From: Chloroflexota bacterium
GTDB taxonomy: Bacteria; Chloroflexota; Limnocylindria; Limnocylindrales; CSP1-4
Direction of reading: 5' to 3'
NCBI GenBank assembly: GCA_046045415.1
Contig: JBJOLT010000015.1
Coordinates: 5,988-69,987 of the forward strand
Length of the DNA stretch: 64,000 nt
Below are positions 1 to 8,443 of the stretch, one piece after another. Position 1 is the stretch's first letter. Each line of letters starts with the position of its first letter. The translations under genes were made by a program, and so were the position numbers. The notes under the pieces were generated by a model, which made no database searches, was not told where the DNA came from, and saw only the letters and a list, made by a program, of their open reading frames with translations.

Positions 1-892
1 CGAAGAAGAAGGGGGTGAAGATCGCGCGGAGCGGGAGGATCTCGTGCTCCAGCTCCTTCGCGACCTCGGTCTCCGCGATGATCAGGCCGGCGACGAACGC
101 CCCGATGATCGCCGCGAGCCCGACGAAGTCGGCGAAGAGCGCGAGCGCGAGCATGAGGATGAGCGCGGGGACGAGCGGGGTCTCGGCGAACCGGGGGAAG
201 GTGAACGCCTCGCGCGGGAGGCCGCGGACTCGCCGCGCGACGGCGAACCCGAGGCCCACGAGGCCCACCGCGGAGACGGCGACGAGGAGGGTCGCGGCGG
301 AGACGTCCCCCTCCACGGCCCCGGTGAGGAGCCCGATCGCGATCAGCGCGAGGACGTCGTCGATCACGGCCGCCCCGAGGACGACCCGGGCGAACGGGCG
401 CGACAGGACCCCCATCTCCGCGAGGACCCGGCTCGTGATCCCGATGCTCGTGGCCGCGAGCGCGAGGCCGACGAAGGCGGCGCTCCCCGCCTCCTCGCCG
501 ACCGCGAGCGCGATCGCGACGCCCGCGCCGAGCGGGAGGAGCATCCCGATCACGGCGGTCGCCACCGCCGCCCGGCCGACGGCGAGGAGGTCGTCGGTCC
601 GGACCTCGAGCCCCACGGCGAAGAGGAGGATGACGACGCCGATCTCGGAGAAGGTGATCGCCGTCTCGCCCGGGACGACGAGCCCGAGCGCATGGGGACC
701 GACGAGGAAGCCGCCGACGAGCTCGCCGATGACGGCGGGCTGGCCGAGGCGCCGAGCGACCTCCTCGCCGAGCTTCGCCCCGACGAGGAGGATGAAGAGC
801 CCGAGGAGGACGTCGGTGGGCGCGCCGCCCGCCGCCGGCGCGGCGATACCGCCCGGCAGCGGCGGCGCGATGAGCGCGAGCAGCCCGTCCAT
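1..892 (-). CDS. Cation:proton antiporter (CPA2, Kef/NapA-type), N-terminal part. The C-terminus lies beyond the window start.
   Basis: Not in the ORF track because it runs off the window. Hand translation of the minus strand from ATG at 892 gives MDGLLALIAPPLPGG..VLLGLFILLVGAKLGEEVARRLGQPAVIGELVGGFLVGPHALGLV..GAAVIDDVLALIAIGLL. The product is multi-TM and matches the conserved N-terminal signature of the Na+/H+ and K+/H+ exchanger family. A GGGGAGGG Shine-Dalgarno lies about 4 nt upstream. Confidence 0.8.
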   Translation of the reverse strand, partial: MDGLLALIAPPLPGGIAAPAAGGAPTDVLLGLFILLVGAKLGEEVARRLGQPAVIGELVGGFLVGPHALGLVVPGETAITFSEIGVVILLFAVGLEVRTDDLLAVGRAAVATAVIGMLLPLGAGVAIALAVGEEAGSAAFVGLALAATSIGITSRVLAEMGVLSRPFARVVLGAAVIDDVLALIAIGLLTGAVEGDVSAATLLVAVSAVGLVGLGFAVARRVRGLPREAFTFPRFAETPLVPALILMLALALFADFVGLAAIIGAFVAGLIIAETEVAKELEHEILPLRAIFTPFFF

Positions 893-906
893 CGACCCTC
901 CCCGGC

Positions 907-932
907 GCGGGCGCCGGCCGTCCGGCGCCCGC
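907..932 (-). terminator. GC-rich stem-loop between the heliorhodopsin stop and the antiporter start. Possibly a U-tract-less terminator or attenuator.
   Basis: Perfect 11-bp stem GCGGGCGCCGG / CCGGCGCCCGC with a 4-nt loop. It starts 17 nt after the HeR stop (949-951) and is followed by the antiporter SD and ATG. There is no U-tract. Confidence 0.4.
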
Positions 933-948
933 GAGTCTCAGCGGCGGT

Positions 949-1770
949 TCAGCCGCCCGGGCGGAGCGTCCCCGTGAAGACCTGCCACGCGAGGAGGGTC
1001 TTCGCGATGAGGCTCATCGCCATGTACGTCTTCTCGCCGGCGAGGTAGTCCTTCCAGCGGCCCACCTGCTTGTACTGGAGGACCATCGTGATCGCGAAGA
1101 CGTTGAAGGCGAGGAAGAGCGACGCGATGATCGCGTAGACGAACGCCGGGATCTGCGCCTCCTCCGGGAGGTCCGGCTGGACGGAGTACGCGACGACGAG
1201 CCCGAGGATCGCGATCCACGGGATGATCCCGGCGATGCACCCGAAGATGTAGTGCTTCCAGTCGACCTTCTCGCCCTTGGCGAGCCGGCCCTCGTTCGCG
1301 GCCTCCATCGACCAGCCGAAGAGGTTCATCGCGACGTTGCAGCCGGCGATCGCGATGAGCGCCGAGAACTCGTTGATGAACGAGAGGCTGGAGATCGCGA
1401 GGATCATCACCGTCGAGCTGAACGCGTACTCCACCCAGCGGAGCGGGTTCATCCCCCGGGCGAGCCACCCCTCGTAGCGCGAGCGGAGGAACCAGCCGGC
1501 GGTCGCGTGGGCGAGCGCGCTCATCGCGAAGAAGCTCGCGATGAACCAGGCGAGCGGGATGTCGAAGAGGGCGAGCTGGACCTCCTCGAGGCCGGCGAAC
1601 GTGCCGTTCTCGAAGATCGGCTTCGCCGTCGTGATGAACGGCGCGAAGCGCGCCTCGGTCGTGCCGACCGCCACCATGACCACGGCCTGGATGCCGTGGA
1701 GGAGCGTGAGCGCGCGGTTCCACCGCGCGAGGGACCGGCTCCGGCCGGGATCGATCGCAGTCGCCGTCAT
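949..1770 (-). CDS. Heliorhodopsin (7-TM retinal protein, HeR family)
   Basis: The 273-aa ORF starts at ATG. It aligns full-length, from memory, with heliorhodopsin 48C12. Shared blocks are NPLRWVEYAFSSTVMIL (counterion Glu, E114 here), FGCIAGIIPWIAILG, PAFVYAIIASLFLAFN, LQYKQVGRWKDYLAGEKTYMAMSLIAKTLLAWQVFTGTL (Schiff-base Lys K257, codon AAG at 1002..1000), plus His25 and His88. An AAGGAG SD lies 11 nt upstream. Confidence 0.9.
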   Translation of the reverse strand: MTATAIDPGRSRSLARWNRALTLLHGIQAVVMVAVGTTEARFAPFITTAKPIFENGTFAGLEEVQLALFDIPLAWFIASFFAMSALAHATAGWFLRSRYEGWLARGMNPLRWVEYAFSSTVMILAISSLSFINEFSALIAIAGCNVAMNLFGWSMEAANEGRLAKGEKVDWKHYIFGCIAGIIPWIAILGLVVAYSVQPDLPEEAQIPAFVYAIIASLFLAFNVFAITMVLQYKQVGRWKDYLAGEKTYMAMSLIAKTLLAWQVFTGTLRPGG

Positions 1771-1864
1771 CGGTTCGTCGTCTCCTTCGAGCGCAACAAC
1801 ATTCCCGCGGGATGGGCCCGCACCCCTTCCGTTCGGCCGCGTCCTCGGCGCGGATGGCTCCCGG

Positions 1865-2965
1865 TCAGCGTCGGGCGACGTCCGGGTTCGGGAGGACGAT
1901 CTCGCCGACCGTCGCGACGAGGTCGTGGTACGACTTGATGAAGCCGCGGAGCGTCCGCATCGTCGCGCCGTACGAGTCGAACTCGTCGACCGTCATCCCG
2001 TCGGGCTCGTACGCGCGCCGGAAGTCCGGGATCCGCTCCTCGAGCTCCCGCACCGTCGCCGGGTCGACCGGCACCGCCATCCGCTCGACCGGGTCGATCC
2101 CGCTCGCGTTGAAGCGGGCCTGCCACGCGTGCGGCATCGTGAGGATGACGTCGCCGCCGACGAACTCGGTCCAGTGGAGCCGGTGGCGGTACGCGGCGGC
2201 GAGCGCCCGCGTCCGGTAGCCCCGTTCGCGGTAGATCGCGTAGGCCCGCTTGAAGGCGGCGACGCCCGCCCAGTTCGTCGCGTCGGGGTGGACCGCGATC
2301 GCGTCGCGCTCCACGAGGACCTTCATCCAGTCGTCGAGCCGCCCCACCATGAGCGTGCAGACGGGCGTCATCGACGCGACGTCGTGACCCGCCGCCTCGC
2401 GCCGGACGAGGCCGCGCTCCACCGCCTCGGCGACGGCGATCATCTGCGGGACGGTGAACGAGACGGTCGCGTTGACGCTCACCCCGTGGAAGGTCGCCTC
2501 CTCGATCGCGGCGATCCCGGCGCGCGTCGCGGGGAGCTTCACCTGGATGTTCGGCGCGAGCGCGGCGAAGCGGATCGCCTGCTCGAGCATCCGCTCCGGA
2601 TCGACGTAGAAGGTCGGGTTCGTCTGGAGCGAGAGGCGACCCTTGCGCCCCCCCTCTCGCTCGAAGACCGGCCAGAGGATCGCCGCGCCGCGGACGGCCA
2701 TCTCCTCGACGATCGCCCAGGTGAGGACCTCCTCGGTCCACGTCGGGTGCTCGGCGCGGAGGGCGAGGACCCGGTCGGTCCAGTGGGCCCGCTCCTTCTG
2801 CATCACCTCGAGGACGATCGACGGGTTCGAGGTGGCCCCGACGGCGCCCCGCTCGACGGCGTACGCGAGCTCCTCGACCGCGCACGAGTCGTTCCAGTAG
2901 TCGGTGAGGAAGCGGTCGGTCATCCGCTTCAGCGGGCTCTCGGTCGGCAGCATCGTCGTCGTCAT
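1865..2965 (-). CDS. Transaldolase-family class I aldolase/transferase (divergent, 366 aa)
   Basis: Contains ATSNPS, the active-site Lys context NIQVKLPAT, and MVGRLDDW (compare SPFVGRILDW in TalB). ATG start, 22 nt after the iolB stop. Confidence 0.8.
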   Translation of the reverse strand: MTTTMLPTESPLKRMTDRFLTDYWNDSCAVEELAYAVERGAVGATSNPSIVLEVMQKERAHWTDRVLALRAEHPTWTEEVLTWAIVEEMAVRGAAILWPVFEREGGRKGRLSLQTNPTFYVDPERMLEQAIRFAALAPNIQVKLPATRAGIAAIEEATFHGVSVNATVSFTVPQMIAVAEAVERGLVRREAAGHDVASMTPVCTLMVGRLDDWMKVLVERDAIAVHPDATNWAGVAAFKRAYAIYRERGYRTRALAAAYRHRLHWTEFVGGDVILTMPHAWQARFNASGIDPVERMAVPVDPATVRELEERIPDFRRAYEPDGMTVDEFDSYGATMRTLRGFIKSYHDLVATVGEIVLPNPDVARR

Positions 2966-2987
2966 CGTCGCGTCCCCATCGAGCGTC

Positions 2988-3827
2988 TCACGACCGCGGC
3001 GCGGCCGGGTCCCAGTCCATCAGCCAGCGGTGGTCCGGATCCACCGTGAAGTGCCAGGCCCGGTTCGGGCCCGCCATCACGTTCAGGTACCAGCCGTCGT
3101 ACCCGGCCGGTGCGCCGAACGGGTGATAGCCGCGCGGGACGAGGACGAGGTCGAGGTCGCCGACCGCGTAGGACTCGTCGAGCGAACGGTCCGCCGTGTA
3201 GACCCGCTGGAAGCCGAAGGCACCGGGCCGCGCGAACCGATAGAGGTAGAGCTCCTCGAGGAGCGCCTCGGTCGGCGGGTCCTCCGTATCGTGCTTGTGC
3301 GGCGGATAGCTCGACCAGTTCCCGCCCGGCGTGATCACCTCGAACGCGATGAGCCGGCCGGCCTCCATCGCGGGCGACATGAGGTGGTGGACCCGCCGCT
3401 CGGTGACGCCGCTCCCGCGCGTCTCGGCGCGGATCGCGTCGGCGGGGACGACCGCGGTCCGGTGGAGCGGGCCCGCCGGGGCCGAGGCGATCGCGACGAG
3501 CGAGTCGCGGGTCGCGGTCGCGGCGACGCCGACACCGGGTGCGACGAGGACGACCCCCGCGGGCGGGCCGTCGAAGACGGACGTCCGCGTCCCGACGGAC
3601 CCGGCGTCGACCCCGTCGAGCTCGATGCGGGCCGTCCCCTCGAGCACGAGGACGAGCCGCTCCCGGCCGTCCGCGGCAGGGCCGACCGAGCCGACCCGGT
3701 CGCCGTTCCGGAGCCGGTGGAGCTCGAGGCTCGTCCACGTCCAGCCGGCGTTCGACGGGTCGACCGCATGGACGAGCGACCCCGCGCCGGGACGGCGGAG
3801 GAGGGATCGGGCGCCCGCCGCGCTCAG
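2988..3827 (-). CDS. iolB: 5-deoxy-glucuronate isomerase IolB. Start uncertain, probably CTG at 3827.
   Basis: This is the C-terminal part of the over-extended ORF 2988..5462. It contains GGNWSSYPPHKHD, LEELYLYRF, FGFQRVYTADRSLDE, VPRGYHP and YLNVMAGP, matching B. subtilis IolB from memory. There is no in-frame ATG/GTG/TTG near the expected N-terminus (xSLLRRP). Confidence 0.85.
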   Translation of the reverse strand: MSAAGARSLLRRPGAGSLVHAVDPSNAGWTWTSLELHRLRNGDRVGSVGPAADGRERLVLVLEGTARIELDGVDAGSVGTRTSVFDGPPAGVVLVAPGVGVAATATRDSLVAIASAPAGPLHRTAVVPADAIRAETRGSGVTERRVHHLMSPAMEAGRLIAFEVITPGGNWSSYPPHKHDTEDPPTEALLEELYLYRFARPGAFGFQRVYTADRSLDESYAVGDLDLVLVPRGYHPFGAPAGYDGWYLNVMAGPNRAWHFTVDPDHRWLMDWDPAAPRS

Positions 3828-5725
3828 ATGAGCTCCCGACGCTGGGCGGCGAGTCCGCGCTCGTAGCGGTCGCGCGCCTCGCGGACGTTCTTCTGCGTGC
3901 TCGCCTCGGGGACCGGGACGTCCCACCAGCTCTCCTGGCCGGGGACGCGCCCCGCGGGGTCGGTCGGGACGACGACGACGGTCGGCCGGTCGCCGCCCCG
4001 CGCCCGGTCGAGGGCGGCGCGGATCTCGTCGGGTGTCCGCGCGGCGATCGCGACGGCTCCCATCGACTCGGCGTGGGCACGGAAGTCGATCGGGACCCAG
4101 TCGCCGACGAGCCGGTTCCGTGCCGGGTCGCGGAACCGGAGCTCGTTCCCGAAGTCGCGGACGCCCGAGCTCCGGGCGAGGTCCTGGATGCACTGGAACC
4201 CGTGGTTGTCGAGGACGACGATCGTGACGGGAAGCCGCTCGGCGACCGCGGTGACGATCTCGGAGTTCATCATCAGGTACGAGCCGTCGCCGACGATCAC
4301 GACGACCCGCCGGTCCGGCTCGGCGAGCTGGACGCCGAGCCCCGCCGCGATCTCGTAGCCCATGCACGAGTAGCCGTACTCGAGGTGGTACGCCTTCGGG
4401 TCCTCCGGCCGCCAGAGCTTCAGGAGGTCGCCCGGGAGGCTCCCCGCCGCGCAGACGACCGTCGCGTGGCCGCCGACCGCGTCGTTCACGATCCCGATGA
4501 TCTCCGGCTGGGCGAGGAGGCCGCCGTCGGCCGCGGCCGCCCCGCCGCTCCCGTGACGGTACCCGTCGACGCGGGCCTCCCACGTCCGCTTCTCCTCGGC
4601 GACCCGCTCCCGATAGCGGGGATCGGTCCCGGTCCAGCCGGCGGAGCGGAGCGCGGTCGCGAGCGCGACGAGGGCCTCGCGCGCGTCGGCGACGAGCGGC
4701 GTCGCCCGCATCTTCGCCGCGTCCATCCCGCCGATGTTGATCCCGATGAACGAGACGTCCGGATCCTGGAAGGCGGTCCGCGAGGCGGTGACGAAGTCGC
4801 CGAGCCGGCACCCCACCGAGACGACGAGGTCGGCGTCCCGTGCGAGCCGGTTCGCGGCGAGGCCGCCGGCGGACCCGACCGGGCCGACGTTCCACGGGTG
4901 GTCCCACGGGAGCGCGCCCTTCCCGGCCTGGCTCTCGGCGACGGGGATCCCGAAGTCGGTCGCGAGGGCGTCGAGCGCGGCGGACGCCTCGGCGTAGATG
5001 ACGCCGCCGCCGGCGACGACGATCGGCCGCTTCGCCGCCCGGATCCGCTCCACCGCCTCCGCGACGAACGCGGGCTCGGGGAGCGGCCGCCGGATCCGCC
5101 AGACCCGCTTCTCGAGGAACGAGACCGGCCAGTCGTACGCCTCCGCCTGGACGTCCTCCGGGAGGCTGATCGTCACCGCGCCCGTCTCGGCGGGGTCGGT
5201 GAGGATCCGGAACGCCTCGGGGAGGCTCGAGAGGAGCTGTTCCGGGCGGGAGATCCGGTCGAAGTAGCGCGAGACCGGCCGGAAGGCGTCGTTCGCGCTC
5301 ACGTCGCGCTCCACCGGGTGCTCGATCTGCTGGAGGACCGGATCGACGAGCCGGTTCGCGAAGTAGTCGGACGGGAGAAGGAGGACCGGGAGCCGGTTCA
5401 CCGTCGCGGTCGCGGCGCCGGTCACCATGTTCGTCGCCCCGGGCCCGATCGACGAGGTGCACGCGTAGGCGCGGAGCCGGTTCGCGTGCTTCGCGAAGGC
5501 GGTCGCGACGTGGACCTGCCCCTGCTCGTTCTGCGGCCGGTAGTACGGGAGCGCGACCTCGTCGCCGAGCTCCTCGAGCGCCTGGCCGAAGCCGGCGACG
5601 TTGCCGTGGCCGAAGATCCCCCAGACCCCGGCGATGAAGCGCCCCTCGCGTCCGTCCCGCTCGACGTGCTGCGCCGCGAGGTGGCGGACGAGCGCCTGCC
5701 CGACCGTGAGCCGTACCGTCTTCAC
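3824..5725 (-). CDS. iolD: 3D-(3,5/4)-trihydroxycyclohexane-1,2-dione acylhydrolase IolD (ThDP enzyme)
   Basis: 633 aa with a GTG start and an AGGAG SD. The N-terminus VRLTVGQALVRHL..GIFGHGNVAGFGQALEE and the block GSLPGDLLKLW..YHLEYGYSCMGYEIAAGLG..GDGSYLMMNSE match IolD. Confidence 0.9.
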   Translation of the reverse strand: MKTVRLTVGQALVRHLAAQHVERDGREGRFIAGVWGIFGHGNVAGFGQALEELGDEVALPYYRPQNEQGQVHVATAFAKHANRLRAYACTSSIGPGATNMVTGAATATVNRLPVLLLPSDYFANRLVDPVLQQIEHPVERDVSANDAFRPVSRYFDRISRPEQLLSSLPEAFRILTDPAETGAVTISLPEDVQAEAYDWPVSFLEKRVWRIRRPLPEPAFVAEAVERIRAAKRPIVVAGGGVIYAEASAALDALATDFGIPVAESQAGKGALPWDHPWNVGPVGSAGGLAANRLARDADLVVSVGCRLGDFVTASRTAFQDPDVSFIGINIGGMDAAKMRATPLVADAREALVALATALRSAGWTGTDPRYRERVAEEKRTWEARVDGYRHGSGGAAAADGGLLAQPEIIGIVNDAVGGHATVVCAAGSLPGDLLKLWRPEDPKAYHLEYGYSCMGYEIAAGLGVQLAEPDRRVVVIVGDGSYLMMNSEIVTAVAERLPVTIVVLDNHGFQCIQDLARSSGVRDFGNELRFRDPARNRLVGDWVPIDFRAHAESMGAVAIAARTPDEIRAALDRARGGDRPTVVVVPTDPAGRVPGQESWWDVPVPEASTQKNVREARDRYERGLAAQRRELI

Positions 5726-5771
5726 CCGATGCTCCTCTCGCGTCGCGACCCGCCGGGACGGACCGCTCGCG

Positions 5772-6776
5772 TCAGCGGTTCTTCCGCTCGTCGATGATGA
5801 TCGCGGCGACGATGATCACGCCCTTGACGACCTGCTGGTAGAAGGGCGAGACGTTCAGCAGGTCGAGGCCGTTGTTCATCACGCCGATGATCAGCGCTCC
5901 GACGACGGTCCCCCAGACGGTCCCGATCCCGCCCGCGAAGCTCGTCCCGCCGATGACGGCGGCCGCGATCGCGTCGAGTTCGTACCCCATCCCGAGGGCC
6001 GGCGTCGCCGACTCGACCCGGGCGGTGAGGACGACGCCGCCGAGGCCCGCGAGGAGCCCGGAGATCATGTAGATGAAGACCTTCGTCCGCGCGACGTTGA
6101 TCCCGGAGACCCGCGCCGCGGTCTCGTTCCCGCCGATCGCGTAGATGTGGCGGCCGAAGCGCGTGAAGTTCAGCATCACGTGCATGAGGACGACGACCGA
6201 GAGGAAGACGACGATCGGGACGGGGATCCCGAGGAGGTCGCCGCCGCCGATCCAGAGGAAGTCCTCGTTCAGCGTCGAGACCGGCCGCCCGTTCGAGTAG
6301 ATGTACCCGAAGCCGCGGGCCGCCGTCATCATCCCGAGCGTCGCGATGAACGGCGGGATCCTGAAGCCCGCGATGAGGAGGCCGTTCGTCATCCCGAGGA
6401 GGAGTCCGACGCCGAGGCCCGCGAGGACGGCGACGATCCCCGGGAGCTCGAGGCCCGGGTAGAGCGCCTGCTTCCAGCCGGGCTGCTGCACGAGGCTCGC
6501 GGCGACGAGCGCCGAGAAGCCGAGGATCGACCCGAGGGAGAGGTCGATCCCGAGCGTGATGATGCAGAGCATGACGCCGAGCGCGAGCAGGCCGATGACG
6601 GAGATCTGGCGCACGACGTTCAGCAGGTTCTGGCCCTGGACGAACGAGTTGTTCGGGGAGAAGACGGCGAGGATCGTGCACATCCCGAGGAAGATGAAGA
6701 CGATCAGGTACTTCCTCACGAAGCCGCTCGCGGCGGTCCGGTCGAAGCGGCCGGCGGCGGCCGGGGCAGCGGTCAT
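5772..6776 (-). CDS. Sugar ABC transporter permease (RbsC/IatP-like)
   Basis: 334 aa and multi-TM, with the typical AraH/RbsC family pattern (GIDLSLGS, NGRPV, ETAARVSGINV). GGAGGAAGAGG SD. Confidence 0.9.
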   Translation of the reverse strand: MTAAPAAAGRFDRTAASGFVRKYLIVFIFLGMCTILAVFSPNNSFVQGQNLLNVVRQISVIGLLALGVMLCIITLGIDLSLGSILGFSALVAASLVQQPGWKQALYPGLELPGIVAVLAGLGVGLLLGMTNGLLIAGFRIPPFIATLGMMTAARGFGYIYSNGRPVSTLNEDFLWIGGGDLLGIPVPIVVFLSVVVLMHVMLNFTRFGRHIYAIGGNETAARVSGINVARTKVFIYMISGLLAGLGGVVLTARVESATPALGMGYELDAIAAAVIGGTSFAGGIGTVWGTVVGALIIGVMNNGLDLLNVSPFYQQVVKGVIIVAAIIIDERKNR

Positions 6777-6791
6777 CGTCCTCTTCCTCCG

Positions 6792-8291
6792 TCAGGCCGC
6801 CGGGGCGGCGATCGTCGCCGCCTCGAGGACCTTCTCCTGCGTCACGTCCGCGCGGGTGAACTCGGCGGTGATCCGGCCCCCGGCCATCACGAGGACCCGG
6901 TCGCTCATCCCGAGGATCTCGGGGAGCTCCGACGAGACCATGAGGATCGCCTTCCCCTGCTTCGCGAGGCCGGACATGAGGCGGTGGATCTCCGCCTTCG
7001 CGCCGACGTCGATCCCGCGGGTCGGTTCGTCGATCATGAGGATCTCCGGGCCGGTGAGGAGCCAGCGCGAGACGAGCACCTTCTGCTGGTTCCCGCCGGA
7101 GAGGAGCCGGATCAGCTGGGCGAGGCTCGGCGTCTTGATCGCGAGCGCGTCCCGCTCGCGCGCGCACTCGACGTCCATCTGCCGCTTCCGGAGGAAGCCG
7201 CCGGGGCTGAACCGGGCGAGGCTCGCGACCGTCATGTTGTCGCGGACGGGGAGGACCCCCATGATCCCGGTCAGCTTCCGGTCCTCGGTGAGGAGGCCCA
7301 TCCCGGCGGCGATCGCGTCGGCGGGCTGACGGATCCGGATCGGCTTCCCCTCGACGAGGACCTCGCCGCGGTCCACCTTCGTGACGCCGAAGATCGCCTC
7401 GAGGACCTCGGTCCGCCCCGCGCCCATCAGCCCGGCGAGGCCGAGGATCTCGCCCCGGCGGAGGTCGAACGTGATGTCCTCGATGACGCCCTCGCGGGTG
7501 AGGCCGCGGACCGAGAGGACGACCTCGCCGATCGCGGCATGCTCCTTCGGGAAGAGGTGGGTCAGCTCGCGCCCGACCATGAGCGAGATGAGCTTCTGGC
7601 GGTCGAGCTCGCCGGCCTCCTTCGTGGCCACGTGCCGGCCGTCGCGGAAGACGGTGACGCGGTCGGCGATCCGGAAGACCTCGTCCATCTTGTGGGTGAT
7701 GTAGATGACCGCGACGCCGCTCCCGCGGAGCGACCGGATGATCCGGTGGAGGTGGGCGACCTCGCGCTCGCTGATCGCCGAGGTGGGCTCGTCCATGACG
7801 ATGAGCTTCGCGTCGTAGGAGATCGCCTTCGCGATCTCGACCATCTGCGTCTGCGCGACGCTCAGGGTCCGCATGACGGCGCGCGGGTCGATCTCGATCT
7901 CCCAGCGCGCGAAGAGCTCGCGGCTCGCGGCGATCATCCGGCGCCGGTCGACGAGACCGAGGCGGTTGAGCGGCTCCCGCCCGAGGAAGATGTTCTCCGC
8001 GACGATCATCTCGGGGACCGGCGCGAGCTCCTGGTGGATCATCGAGATCCCCAGCCGGAGCGCGGTCGCGCTGTCGGGGATCGCCACGTCCCGACCGTCG
8101 AAGTGGATCGTCCCGGCGTCGGCGTGGTAGATGCCGGCGAGGACCTTCATGAGCGTCGACTTGCCGGCGCCGTTCTCGCCCATGAGCGCATGGACCGTCC
8201 CGCGCTCGACCTCGAGGTGGACGTCGTCGAGCGCCTGGACGCCCGGGAACGCCTTCGAGATGCCCGTCATCCGGAGGAGCGGCTCACCCAT
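6792..8291 (-). CDS. Sugar ABC transporter ATP-binding protein (duplicated ATPase, RbsA/MglA/IatA-like)
   Basis: 499 aa with two ABC cassettes. It has Walker [10 protein letters not shown] and signature LSVAQTQ / LSGGNQQK. Confidence 0.9.
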   Translation of the reverse strand: MGEPLLRMTGISKAFPGVQALDDVHLEVERGTVHALMGENGAGKSTLMKVLAGIYHADAGTIHFDGRDVAIPDSATALRLGISMIHQELAPVPEMIVAENIFLGREPLNRLGLVDRRRMIAASRELFARWEIEIDPRAVMRTLSVAQTQMVEIAKAISYDAKLIVMDEPTSAISEREVAHLHRIIRSLRGSGVAVIYITHKMDEVFRIADRVTVFRDGRHVATKEAGELDRQKLISLMVGRELTHLFPKEHAAIGEVVLSVRGLTREGVIEDITFDLRRGEILGLAGLMGAGRTEVLEAIFGVTKVDRGEVLVEGKPIRIRQPADAIAAGMGLLTEDRKLTGIMGVLPVRDNMTVASLARFSPGGFLRKRQMDVECARERDALAIKTPSLAQLIRLLSGGNQQKVLVSRWLLTGPEILMIDEPTRGIDVGAKAEIHRLMSGLAKQGKAILMVSSELPEILGMSDRVLVMAGGRITAEFTRADVTQEKVLEAATIAAPAA

Positions 8292-8354
8292 CCCTGCCTC
8301 GCGACCTCAGGCTCGTCACACTGCCGCCGGTCACCGTGAACCGGCCCTGAAACG

Positions 8355-8390
8355 CCGTTCGGAGGCCCGGCGAACCGGGCCTCCGAACGG
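8355..8390 (-). promoter_or_regulatory. Intercistronic 16-bp perfect stem-loop with a UUCG tetraloop, between the binding-protein and ATPase genes
   Basis: CCGTTCGGAGGCCCGG cgaa CCGGGCCTCCGAACGG on the plus strand. On the transcribed minus strand the loop reads UUCG. It lies in the 152-nt spacer downstream of the SBP stop (8444) and upstream of the ATPase ATG (8291). Confidence 0.6.
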
Positions 8391-8443
8391 TACCACTCGC
8401 GGTGTTCGCTTCGACCGCCCCGGAGGGACGGCCTCGCGGGCTC

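Noticed and set aside
949-1770. The rhodopsin as a type-1 microbial rhodopsin (proton pump or xanthorhodopsin-like)
   Set aside because: It lacks the TM3 DTD/DTE/NDQ/NTQ-type motif and the type-1 TM7 context. The whole sequence tracks heliorhodopsin-specific blocks (RWVEY, FGCIAGIIPW, C-terminal AWQxFxGTL).
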